Positions 16,087 through 23,591 of a stretch of DNA of 45,835 nucleotides are shown one piece after another. The stretch covers positions 252,471 to 298,305 of the forward strand of contig JBAZTR010000001.1 in NCBI GenBank assembly GCA_041661745.1, read 5' to 3'. The stretch is from Patescibacteria group bacterium (GTDB taxonomy: Bacteria > Patescibacteriota > Patescibacteriia > UBA9934 > GWF2-40-263). Made by a program: the position numbers and the translations under genes. How positions within the stretch are numbered: position 1 is the first letter of the stretch; every line of letters starts with the position of its first letter. Below the pieces are notes generated by a model, which saw nothing but the letters and a program-made list of their open reading frames with translations, was not told the origin of the DNA and did no database searches.

Positions 16087-18573
16087 TTAAAAAGTTACAC
16101 TTAGTGTTCCCTTGTTCTGATTACCAATGGAAAAGGTCATGGTAAGAGTGTAACCGACTTTCATCATCGTCAGTTGCCACGTGTTCGAATCGTAAGTGGT
16201 GTACCCAAGATCCTCAAGATACGCCTGAACCGCCGCCATGTCGCCTTCTGTGACGACGCGACTGAAAACATAGTCAAGAGAAAAACCGCCCATATTATCC
16301 CTTAATTTAACCTCGTTATTAAAAACTTCATTTAGACCGGGCAAGAGGTCTTCGTCAACCGCCTGGCTTTTGGCGTTTGTCGTTTCCACTGGTATGACAT
16401 CATCATAATTTATTTGCGCCCAAGTTTTAGTTTCAGTGGTCGTACCCGGTGTAGGAACTTCGGCCAAGAACGAGCCACCCTTTGCAACGCCTGTCGAAGC
16501 GGCAGGAGCAACAAGGTTAGCAACCGTGGCCGTATGGTTTGGGACGGCCGGCGTTGGAGCTTCATCGACCTGAAAGGCAAAATCTTCAAAAGTTACTGGC
16601 AAATCGTGAGCTACGACGTATTCACTGACATCCGCAGTTGTAAATGTCGAATAATCTTCAATCCAATCAGCACCGCCAGAGGCCTCCCCGTTTATATCCA
16701 GTTTAATCAAAATCGCGTCCTGATAATAAATATTTTCGCCAAAACGAACCGTGGCCACTTCGGGCGTGATGTAATAACCGGAAATTGCCACCCCGCCGTC
16801 GGCCGTCGACTCGAGATCTTGCGGATCAATATAATCAACTCCGCCAATTTCTTTTGACCAAATAACATTAAAGTCTTCGTCGGTTTTGATTAAAAAAGCG
16901 CCGGAAGAGTAAAAAAATGAAAGATATTTATCCGGATCATCCAAATACTCATCAAAATGTTCGCTGCCGACATAATCTTTTGACATTATGACAAAATTTC
17001 CGTCAGTGGTTTTGACAGCGTAAAGTTGATTTTCTCTTTTTTGAATATCGCTATCAAGGCTTTTAACCCAAAGCAAATTACCATCACTGTCAAACTTGGC
17101 GGCAGCCAGGTCGATATCTGTGGATATTGTAAAAGTCGCGTAAGTTCCTTGAGTAATTAAGTCGCTAAAAAATCCGAAAGTAATATAGCCACCATCAGAA
17201 GTCGTCTCGACATCTTGAAAATCACCGGCGGTTATCCGCATGGTTGTGTAGCCCAAATCAAAGGTGCCATCGGCGTTAGGAACAGCATTTAAATACTGCT
17301 GGGAAACCGCTTCCAAATCTTTTTCCCAAATAATATTCAAATTACTGTCCGTTTTAACCATGGTGGACATGGACGAAGACATAAAACCATCATCCTCAGG
17401 CGATTCGGCTTGACCGATCATAATATAACCGTCTGAAGTTGGTCTGATAATAAACGGATCGGTGTAAAGGGAACTTTTTATAAAACTGGTTTTTTTAGTC
17501 CATTCCCTTTCGCCATCGGCAGTATATTTTACCAGCACGTAATTTTTATACGCATCAACCGGCTCGGAACAATTGCACAACTGATCGACCTTAAGAGAAA
17601 CCATAAAACCGCCGTCGTTTGTTTTAAAAACCTGATCAACCGCGTCTGTGCCATAGTCGCCAATCATTTTGGTCCAAATATGGTTGCCGTCTTTATCAAA
17701 TTTGGTTATATAAACATCGTACCAATTTTCTTTATTTTCGCCGTATTCGTCGTCGGTAAAACCAATAAGATCACCGACGGCAATTATACTGCCGTCTGAC
17801 AGCTCGATTATTTCCTTGCCGTTTTCAGAGCCGTACGGAGTGGCCATTGGATCAGTGGTGTACTCAAACGACTGGAAAAGTCTTGACCAAACAACCTTGC
17901 CGTTAGAATCTGTTTTAAGAAAAAAACCTTCGGGCGGAAAGAAAGGGTTTAAATCGTCGGTTTGTCCGTTTAAAAGATATCCACCGTCTTTGGTCGGCCA
18001 AACGCCGCCGGCTTGAGTCGTCACATCCACTCGATAATGGCTAATAAAAGTCGTACTTTGACCAGAAGACGACGAAACGTCGTCAGAAGACGGAATAGTG
18101 GCCAAATCTGAATCAGTAATACCCAAACTCAAAAACCTCATGATGGTGTAAGCCGAATCGCCATCTTTCATATAAATTCTGTAGCAAGTATCCGGGTCAA
18201 CGTACCAAGCCTCCCCGTGCTGTTCGACCTGAAGTAAAATTTTACCTTTCACACTGTTAGCTAAGGAATGAGAATAACAGACATTACCAACCGAATTGGC
18301 CGCGGTCGTGTCATCGACTAATGGAATGGCAGCTAAATTAGCGTCAGTGATTCCCAAACCAAAATTTCGCATCATTTGATAAGCCACAGCGCCATCCTCC
18401 ATATAATATCGAACCGAATCCGCCGGATTAACATACCAAGCTTCGCCGTGTTGCTCGACCTGCAAAAGAATGCGACCACTTAGTTGATCGGCCAAAGTTT
18501 CGGCATGAACAGGATTTAAGACAATAAAACCCAAGGTCAAAAATAAACCAAGCCACAAAATATTTTTTTTCAT
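16087..18573 (-). CDS. Secreted repeat protein (two N-terminal ~55-aa repeats plus beta-propeller-like DGG/SDG repeats)
   Basis: Signal peptide MKKNILWLGLFLTLGFIVLNPVHA. Duplicated ILLQVEQHGEAWYV.P module. About 7 recurring T.DGG(Y/F)..G / W.K units. The track ORF (to 18798) runs into the high-GC cassette and that extension is not coding. An alternative TTG start at 18591 sits 6 nt after AAGGAG. Confidence 0.75.
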   Translation of the reverse strand: MKKNILWLGLFLTLGFIVLNPVHAETLADQLSGRILLQVEQHGEAWYVNPADSVRYYMEDGAVAYQMMRNFGLGITDANLAAIPLVDDTTAANSVGNVCYSHSLANSVKGKILLQVEQHGEAWYVDPDTCYRIYMKDGDSAYTIMRFLSLGITDSDLATIPSSDDVSSSSGQSTTFISHYRVDVTTQAGGVWPTKDGGYLLNGQTDDLNPFFPPEGFFLKTDSNGKVVWSRLFQSFEYTTDPMATPYGSENGKEIIELSDGSIIAVGDLIGFTDDEYGENKENWYDVYITKFDKDGNHIWTKMIGDYGTDAVDQVFKTNDGGFMVSLKVDQLCNCSEPVDAYKNYVLVKYTADGEREWTKKTSFIKSSLYTDPFIIRPTSDGYIMIGQAESPEDDGFMSSSMSTMVKTDSNLNIIWEKDLEAVSQQYLNAVPNADGTFDLGYTTMRITAGDFQDVETTSDGGYITFGFFSDLITQGTYATFTISTDIDLAAAKFDSDGNLLWVKSLDSDIQKRENQLYAVKTTDGNFVIMSKDYVGSEHFDEYLDDPDKYLSFFYSSGAFLIKTDEDFNVIWSKEIGGVDYIDPQDLESTADGGVAISGYYITPEVATVRFGENIYYQDAILIKLDINGEASGGADWIEDYSTFTTADVSEYVVAHDLPVTFEDFAFQVDEAPTPAVPNHTATVANLVAPAASTGVAKGGSFLAEVPTPGTTTETKTWAQINYDDVIPVETTNAKSQAVDEDLLPGLNEVFNNEVKLRDNMGGFSLDYVFSRVVTEGDMAAVQAYLEDLGYTTYDSNTWQLTMMKVGYTLTMTFSIGNQNKGTLSVTF

Positions 18574-18618
18574 ATTTTTTACGTTCAGCAAAAGTATACT
18601 CCTTTTAAAAACCCGAGA

Positions 18619-18654
18619 CAATAAAAATAACCCCCGGATCTTTCGATCCAAGGG
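18619..18654 (-). terminator. Terminator of high-GC cassette 1
   Basis: Minus strand reads cccttggatc-gaaa-gatccggggg (10-bp stem with two G-U pairs) followed by ttattttta. Confidence 0.7.
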
Positions 18655-18679
18655 TGATGAGGAGGTTCGGCGACGGTCG

Positions 18680-19306
18680 TCAGCACCACTCCTCGCTGTC
18701 GATGAAGTTGGCGATGACCGCCTGGGCGTAGCTCTTGCGCAGGAGGTGGCCCCACTCCGGATCGTCCGTGGCCGCCAGGTCGCGGACCAGGATGGCACGG
18801 AAGACCGCGAGGCCGACAGTGGTGATGATGAGCTGTCGCACGGCCTTGTTGTAGCCCCTGTGGTTGTGGTGAAGCCAGGCTACGGCCTCGGCCTCATCGA
18901 TCTCGTCGAGACACGCGACACCGTACAACCTGACCATCGTCTCCCGGATCGTGCGGCGGGCATCGTTGCCCAAGGGGACGCGGTCCAGAAGGTTGCGGAG
19001 TTCGTTCTGGCTGGGGTTAGACCCAAGGTTCGCGACCTCGATGTGTACCTGTTTCGGATCAAGAGGCTTCACATCGCAGTCGCAGTCCACCGGATCGCAA
19101 ACGTCGAATCCGCCGCGTCCGATGTAGCTTTCCAAATCCTTGAGGTTGGAGAGAAGAACGCGGCGGAAAGCGGCCAGCTGCTCGACGATTTCCCACGGGC
19201 AGCACAGAATCTTCCGGTAGAGGTTGAAACCGGGCCATTCTTCCTTGACGGTCCGAAACCGCTCGAGGTGGTTGTGGGCGTGGCTGGTGTGGTCAGTGCT
19301 GGTCAT
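18680..19306 (-). CDS. Hypothetical protein of high-GC cassette 1 (208 aa; weak DinB-like His motifs)
   Basis: ATG at 19306 lies 10 nt after GAGGAG. GC-rich third codon positions. Balanced amino-acid composition, unlike the R/V/G/A-rich antisense ORF. His cluster at the N-terminus (HTSHAHNHLERF) and WLHHNHRGY near the C-terminus resemble the DinB-fold HxxxHRGQ motif. No search was run. Confidence 0.6.
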   Translation of the reverse strand: MTSTDHTSHAHNHLERFRTVKEEWPGFNLYRKILCCPWEIVEQLAAFRRVLLSNLKDLESYIGRGGFDVCDPVDCDCDVKPLDPKQVHIEVANLGSNPSQNELRNLLDRVPLGNDARRTIRETMVRLYGVACLDEIDEAEAVAWLHHNHRGYNKAVRQLIITTVGLAVFRAILVRDLAATDDPEWGHLLRKSYAQAVIANFIDSEEWC

Positions 19307-19356
19307 TTGTTCGTTTCTCCTCGAAAATACAAGATTAGACACGAGACGGACGAAAT

Positions 19357-19385
19357 AAGATAACACCAAGTCGCCGGTTTGTCAA
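19357..19385 (-). promoter_or_regulatory. Promoter of cassette 1
   Basis: Minus strand has TTGACA (19385-19380), a 17-nt spacer and TATCTT (19362-19357), with TGt immediately upstream of the -10. Confidence 0.55.
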
Positions 19386-19411
19386 CCTAGCCAAAATCGT
19401 GTTTAATGGGG

Positions 19412-19445
19412 TTACGAAACTACGAAAAACTACGAAACTACGAAA
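19412..19445. repeat. Four tandem CTACGAAA(aa) units in the divergent intergenic region
   Basis: ttacgaaa ctacgaaaaa ctacgaaa ctacgaaa. The array lies just upstream of a TGgTTTAAT extended -10 (19447-19455) for epmA and about 30 nt from the cassette 1 -35. Confidence 0.85.
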
Positions 19446-19479
19446 TTGGTTTAATGATTTAGTACCCCTCCCTTTTTTT

Positions 19480-20469
19480 ATGTCTTTATTAAGCAAAAAA
19501 GCCGCTTTAGAACAGCGGCAAATCATTCTCCGAGCTGTCCGCGATTACTTGTTTCAGGCCGGATATCTTGAAGTTCAAGTTCCCCTTTTAATCCGCGGCA
19601 CCAACCCGGACGCATTCTTGACCTCTTTTGAAGTTACTGAAAACGACCAATTGCGTGGTTATTTGACCACTTCGACGGAATTCCAAATTCTTCGTCTTTT
19701 GGCCGCTGGCTACGACAAGGTTTACACCATTGCCTCAAACTTCCGCGCCGGCGACAAAGACCAGACGCATAATCCCGAATTCACTATGTTGGAATGGGAG
19801 GCCGCCAATGTTGGCATGGAGGTTATTGAAAAAGAGGCTGAGGGGATTGTTTTGGCGGCGGTTGGGGCCTTAAAGGACGTTTCCCCCTCTCACCTCGGGA
19901 GAGGGGTTAGGGGTGAGGGAGCTTTTGAAAGGCTTTCCGTGCGCGAGGCTTTTAAAAAATATCTGGGAATTAATATTGCCCTGGATTTTTCGCTAGCCTC
20001 GATGGTTGAAGAGATTAAGAAAGCCGGTCTTGATGCCCCGCAGAATTTTCTTGACGATCAGGGTATTCTCTTCTCCTGGTTAATTGATAAAATTTCTCCA
20101 AAGTTGGGTTTTGAAAAACCAACTTGGCTTTACGAGTGGCCAATTTTTCAAACTTCCATGGCCGAGCCGGTTAAAGGCAATCCTGAAGCCGCTGATCGGA
20201 GCGAGCTTTACATCAATGGCTTAGAAATCGCTAATGGTTTTACCACGGTCAGTGATGCTGAGAAACAAAAAGCTTTATTTGATTTTCAACAAGCCGAACG
20301 ACAACGCCTTGGCAAGAAACCGATTGTTGTCGACGAGAAATATTTAGAGGACATAAAAAAAATGCCCCCGGCCGCTGGAATGGCCATGGGCATTGATCGT
20401 TTGGTTATGATTTTAACCGGGGCTTCGGAGATTAATGAAGTTTTAACTTTTGGCTCCGATGAACTTTAA
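19480..20469 (+). CDS. epmA: EpmA/PoxA-like class II lysyl-tRNA synthetase paralogue (EF-P lysine ligase-like)
   Basis: Class II aaRS catalytic-core motifs (YLEVQVPLL, NFRAGD..THNPEFTMLEWE, GMAMGIDRLVM). There is no anticodon-binding domain. ATG at 19480 (MSLLSKKAALEQRQ). Confidence 0.7.
   Translation: MSLLSKKAALEQRQIILRAVRDYLFQAGYLEVQVPLLIRGTNPDAFLTSFEVTENDQLRGYLTTSTEFQILRLLAAGYDKVYTIASNFRAGDKDQTHNPEFTMLEWEAANVGMEVIEKEAEGIVLAAVGALKDVSPSHLGRGVRGEGAFERLSVREAFKKYLGINIALDFSLASMVEEIKKAGLDAPQNFLDDQGILFSWLIDKISPKLGFEKPTWLYEWPIFQTSMAEPVKGNPEAADRSELYINGLEIANGFTTVSDAEKQKALFDFQQAERQRLGKKPIVVDEKYLEDIKKMPPAAGMAMGIDRLVMILTGASEINEVLTFGSDEL
19883..19920. repeat. GC-rich palindromic element inserted in frame in epmA
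   Basis: cccctctcacctcgggagaggggttaggggtgaggga translates as SPSHLGRGVRGEG. It uses the same CCCTCTC/GAGAGGG word class as the 39.0-kb palindrome. Confidence 0.6.
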
Positions 20470-21374
20470 ACACGCAAATGTTTACGCATGGCAAAGGTTG
20501 TGGAAACCAGACAAACAACGGCAACAGCCAAAAATTCCAGGCCAAAAACTAACGGTGACTGACCAATAAAAAAATCTTTTAATTGAGCCGGGGTTTCGAA
20601 ATAAGAAGTAAGTAACGGATCAAGAGCAATCGCCACCGGCACAATTATGGCGGCGGAAATAATCGTGGCTGAGAGGGAGAAAATTAAAGCTTCAACCAAA
20701 TACGGCGCGCGAATAAACCAGCCGGTCGCACCGACCAGTCGCATGATGGCAATTTCTTCACGATGGACAAAAATGGCCACGCGCACGGTATTTAAAATAA
20801 TCATGATGGCAATTAATAAAAAGATGGCAAAAATCAGTGAGCCAAAGAGTCGCGCTTTATAAGATATTTCCGACAGTCTGTTTAAAAGAAGTTCGTGATC
20901 GGTAAAATCCTTTTCTTCGATTTCGTCACGGAAAGATGGGTGGTCAAGCGCTTCCAAAATCATGGGATAGTTATCAACGGAATTGGCGCGAATTACCAAC
21001 TGGTAGCCAAAAGGGTTTCCGCCAACTTCATCAAGCGAAGCAAGAATCGTCGGGTTATCGGCGTGTTTTATTTTAAACAATTCCAAAGCTTCCTCGGGTG
21101 TAACGACTGAAACGCTTTTTACTTCGACTAAACTCTGCAAATAAGCAGCCGCGCTTTGTACATCGTCAGCGGCCGTGCCTACTTTAAACGAGGCGGAAAC
21201 GTCCACTCGACTTTCGACATTACTAATGGCGGCGCCGGTAGCCAAATTCAAAACCAACAAAACATCCAGAATTAACAAGGTTAAAACAAGAATACTAACC
21301 GTGGTTAAAGACAACCAAATATTCCTGAAAAAATGTTGAAAAGCGAATTTTATTATTCTAAAAAACGTGGTCAT
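20466..21374 (-). CDS. ftsX: Cell division ABC transporter permease FtsX
   Basis: N-terminal TM, periplasmic domain and 3 C-terminal TMs. Overlaps ftsE by 4 nt in the typical ftsEX arrangement. Confidence 0.85.
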   Translation of the reverse strand: MTTFFRIIKFAFQHFFRNIWLSLTTVSILVLTLLILDVLLVLNLATGAAISNVESRVDVSASFKVGTAADDVQSAAAYLQSLVEVKSVSVVTPEEALELFKIKHADNPTILASLDEVGGNPFGYQLVIRANSVDNYPMILEALDHPSFRDEIEEKDFTDHELLLNRLSEISYKARLFGSLIFAIFLLIAIMIILNTVRVAIFVHREEIAIMRLVGATGWFIRAPYLVEALIFSLSATIISAAIIVPVAIALDPLLTSYFETPAQLKDFFIGQSPLVFGLEFLAVAVVCLVSTTFAMRKHLRV

Positions 21375-22051
21375 AGACGATATCTTCCCCCTTCTTCATC
21401 AGAAATAATCTGACCATCACTTAAAGTAATGACGCGGTGCCGAAGATGATTAACAATATCGCGATTGTGGGTTACCAAAACCACTGTTGTGCCAAATTCA
21501 TTTATTTTTTTTAAAAGATTGACGATCTCGTGAGTATTGATAGTGTCCAAATTACCGGTCGGCTCATCGGCCACGATAATTTTTGGTTTATGAATTAAGG
21601 CGCGAGCAATGGCCACCCGTTGCTGTTCACCACCGGAAAGTTGGCGCGGATAACGACGACTGCAATCGGCCAAATTAACAATTTTTAAAACCTGGGAAAC
21701 TGTTTCGTTTATGCGTTGCCCGGTGCTGCCAACCGATTCCAACGCAAAGGCCACGTTTTCAAAAACCGTCTTTTGTGGCAAAAGTTTATAATCTTGAAAA
21801 ACCACACCCAACTGCCGGCGTAAATATGGCACCTCGGATGATTTGATTCGACTAATATCCCACCCGCCGATAATCACCTCGCCTTGCGAAGGCTGTTCTT
21901 CGGCAAATAAAAGTTTGGCCAAGGTGGTTTTTCCAGTACCACTTTGACCAACAATCGAAACAAGCTCGCCCGGTTTAATGTGCAAGCTTATGTTTTGCAA
22001 AGCCGCCATGTTGGGCGGATAAATTTTACTGACGTTTTTAAGCCGAATCAT
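21371..22051 (-). CDS. ftsE: Cell division ATP-binding protein FtsE
   Basis: Walker A GQSGTGKTT, signature LSGGEQQRV, Walker B IIVADEPTGNLD. ATG at 22051 (MIRLKNVSKIY) is preceded by AAGGGGG. Confidence 0.9.
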   Translation of the reverse strand: MIRLKNVSKIYPPNMAALQNISLHIKPGELVSIVGQSGTGKTTLAKLLFAEEQPSQGEVIIGGWDISRIKSSEVPYLRRQLGVVFQDYKLLPQKTVFENVAFALESVGSTGQRINETVSQVLKIVNLADCSRRYPRQLSGGEQQRVAIARALIHKPKIIVADEPTGNLDTINTHEIVNLLKKINEFGTTVVLVTHNRDIVNHLRHRVITLSDGQIISDEEGGRYRL

Positions 22052-22136
22052 ACCCCCTTTATGGTTGTCAAAAGACATTGTTTCTGATATGATACCACGC
22101 GTTGAAATAAGAGACAAAAAAATATTTGGGATAAAT

Positions 22137-22178
22137 GCGGGTATGGTTTAGTGGTAAAACGACTGCTTCCCAAGCAGT
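22137..22178 (+). pseudogene. tRNA-Gly(CCC)-like 5' fragment (acceptor 5' strand, D arm, anticodon arm) with no T arm or 3' acceptor strand
   Basis: gcgggta-tg-gtttagtggtaaaac-g-actgc-ttCCCaa-gcagt, then it runs straight into the GC-rich repeat. No tacccgc 3' strand follows. Confidence 0.6.
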
Positions 22179-22239
22179 AGTCGCGAGTCTCCCGCCTTTG
22201 GCGGGACCCCGCCAAAGCGAAGCGGCGGCGGGGCGATTC
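22179..22239 (+). repeat. tRNA-linked GC-rich multi-hairpin repeat, copy A
   Basis: agtcgcgagtctCCCGCCtttgGCGGGaCCCCGCCaaagcgaagcggcGGCGGGGc. Related copies lie at 22425-22480, 30881-30940 (minus) and 30986-31055 (minus). Confidence 0.8.
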
Positions 22240-22249
22240 TGTTTAAAAA

Positions 22250-22323
22250 GCGGGTATAGTACATCGGTAGTATATGACCTTCCCAAGGTCGAGAGACGGG
22301 TTCGACTCCCGTTACCCGCTCCA
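22250..22323 (+). tRNA. tRNA-Gly (anticodon CCC), CCA encoded
   Basis: Acceptor gcgggta/tacccgc, anticodon stem tgacc/ggtcg with loop ttCCCaa, T arm acggg-ttcgact-cccgt, then TCCA. Confidence 0.85.
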
Positions 22324-22335
22324 GCCTTAAAAAAT

Positions 22336-22411
22336 GCCACTTTAGCTCAGTTGGCAGAGCAGCGCTTTCGTAAAGCGAAGATCCCGGGTTCGAATCCCGG
22401 AAGTGGCTCCA
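22336..22411 (+). tRNA. tRNA-Thr (anticodon CGU), CCA encoded
   Basis: Acceptor gccactt/aagtggc, D arm agctcagttggcagagc, anticodon loop ttCGTaa, T arm ccggg-ttcgaat-cccgg, then TCCA. Confidence 0.85.
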
Positions 22412-22420
22412 TTTTTAAAA

Positions 22421-22568
22421 GTCGAGTCGCGGGTTTCCCGCCTCTGGCGGGACCCCGCCAAAACGAAGCGACGGCGGGGCAATCCCCGCCTTCGGCTCCA
22501 TCCCCCTTCGCCCAGCGAACGTGGGGCTTCGGAGGGATGTCCCCAACGAAGCTCGAACCTGTTTTTTG
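22421..22568 (+). ncRNA. Candidate structured RNA / repeat copy B plus a GC-rich extension downstream of tRNA-Thr
   Basis: Repeat core at 22425-22480, then further hairpins (ccccgcc-ttcgg..., catccc...gggatg, cccagcgaacgtgggg), ending in ctcgaacctgttttttg. No protein-like ORF. Not recognisable as tmRNA, SRP RNA, RNase P RNA or 6S RNA by eye. Confidence 0.35.
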
Positions 22569-22637
22569 TGAGAGCGAAGTGGGACAGTATAAATTAAATA
22601 AAAAAATACCGGCCTTATCAGCCGATATTTTTATTTT

Positions 22638-23591
22638 TTAGACTTGCATTAACTTCCAGATCTTTGAAGATTCCAAAAAGCTATCCATTACTTCAGCCAA
22701 ACCGCGTTTATAAACCACGATAGCCTTAATGTTATATTGTGTCTCTTCCTCGCTTTCAACCTTTTCCGTAACCATAACCAAAGTGTAAACCTGACCAACA
22801 TCAATAACTTCGCTAATAACATTCAGTTCGGCAGTGGTAACAAAGTTTGTCCATTCTTCCGGCATTTCGGCAACAGTTAAATGACCTAAGTCACCACCAC
22901 TGGCGGCGGTGGTATCTTCACTAACCTCGCCGGCCACGGTCGCAAAATCTTCGTTATTTTTAATTCTGGTCAAAGCTTGGTTTATTTTATCAGTTGTTTC
23001 GGTTTGAAGGGTTGCGTCGGATAAAACTTTTTCTTCAACCTGATCGGCTAAAACTAAAGGTTCCAAAGCGTGCGTTAAAAAATCTTGGCGTGTCCAATTA
23101 AAGACTCTTTCGATTTCCGTGTAAAAAGCCTCTTCTGAACCGCTTTGAGTAAAGGCGGCTTGTAAATTTTCTTCCACCTTTACCGGATCCAACTCGACTG
23201 AATATTGCTTAGCCAATTGAGACACGACAATGTGGTCAATCATGCTGTCTAAAACATTAGAAGCCCTTTCCGTTGCCGGCAACTGTTCTTCTTCGGGTGT
23301 TTGATTGGCCTCATAAAAAGTTTCTAAAGCATCGTACTCTTTATAAAAATCTTTAAAAGATATTGGTTGTAAATTTACCAAAGCTACTGGATACGGAACA
23401 ACGGCCGTGACCGAACGAACAAGCATGTCGTTAGCCGGTAAAAAATAAACAGCCGTTGACACCGCGGCCAACACTACCAAAAGCAAAGCCCCGAAACTAA
23501 GGCCGATTAACAGACGAAACTTCTTATTGGTGCTTTTCAGAGGCGGGGTTACGGGCGACGGACTGTACTCATTAAGTGGAGTGATTTCCAT
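22638..23591 (-). CDS. PpiC/parvulin-type peptidyl-prolyl isomerase (PrsA/SurA-like), membrane anchored
   Basis: N-terminal TM. Rotamase signature FATVAGEVSEDTTAASGGDLGHL. Confidence 0.7.
   Translation of the reverse strand: MEITPLNEYSPSPVTPPLKSTNKKFRLLIGLSFGALLLVVLAAVSTAVYFLPANDMLVRSVTAVVPYPVALVNLQPISFKDFYKEYDALETFYEANQTPEEEQLPATERASNVLDSMIDHIVVSQLAKQYSVELDPVKVEENLQAAFTQSGSEEAFYTEIERVFNWTRQDFLTHALEPLVLADQVEEKVLSDATLQTETTDKINQALTRIKNNEDFATVAGEVSEDTTAASGGDLGHLTVAEMPEEWTNFVTTAELNVISEVIDVGQVYTLVMVTEKVESEEETQYNIKAIVVYKRGLAEVMDSFLESSKIWKLMQV

Noticed and set aside
18574-18798. 75-codon N-terminal extension of the 903-aa ORF into the high-GC block.
   Set aside because: The extension is R/S/T/P-rich and crosses a strong terminator and the 3' end of the cassette 1 CDS. 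A canonical signal peptide begins at Met 18573, or at TTG 18591 preceded by AAGGAG.
18746-19363. Long plus-strand ORF antisense to cassette 1. Similar alternative-frame or antisense ORFs occur at 29826..30641, 30044..30544, 30195..30491, 35690..36181 and 35784..36044.
   Set aside because: These are typical stop-poor antisense and alternative frames of high-GC DNA with R/P/G/A/V-rich translations. They have no promoter, SD or terminator in the right orientation. The minus-strand frames chosen have SD-ATG pairings, flanking promoter and terminator signals, and balanced composition.
18585-19478. Possible direct repeats flanking cassette 1 (agtatactcctttt at ~18590 vs agtacccctcccttttt at ~19461) as target-site duplication or att sites.
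   Set aside because: The match is short and imperfect, and the left copy coincides with the RBS region of the neighbouring gene. This is too weak to call without comparison with an empty site.
22137-22249. Intact tRNA-Gly carrying an intron or a long insertion in the T arm.
   Set aside because: After the anticodon arm there is no T-loop consensus and no 3' acceptor strand (tacccgc) before the next, complete tRNA-Gly. It is best read as a 5' fragment.
22421-22568. Known housekeeping ncRNA (tmRNA, SRP/4.5S, RNase P, 6S) downstream of tRNA-Thr.
   Set aside because: None of the hallmark motifs was seen: the GGAAGCAGCC-type SRP domain IV, GAGGAAAGUCC of RNase P, or a tRNA-like 3' end with a tag ORF for tmRNA. 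The region also shares its core with the other tRNA-linked repeat copies.
22135-22641. 168-aa ORF spanning the tRNA-Gly/Thr locus, plus the 22068..22340 and 22403..22597 ORFs.
   Set aside because: They translate tRNA genes and the GC-rich repeats. The repeated LAGPRQ.EA.AG peptide is just the repeat read in frame.
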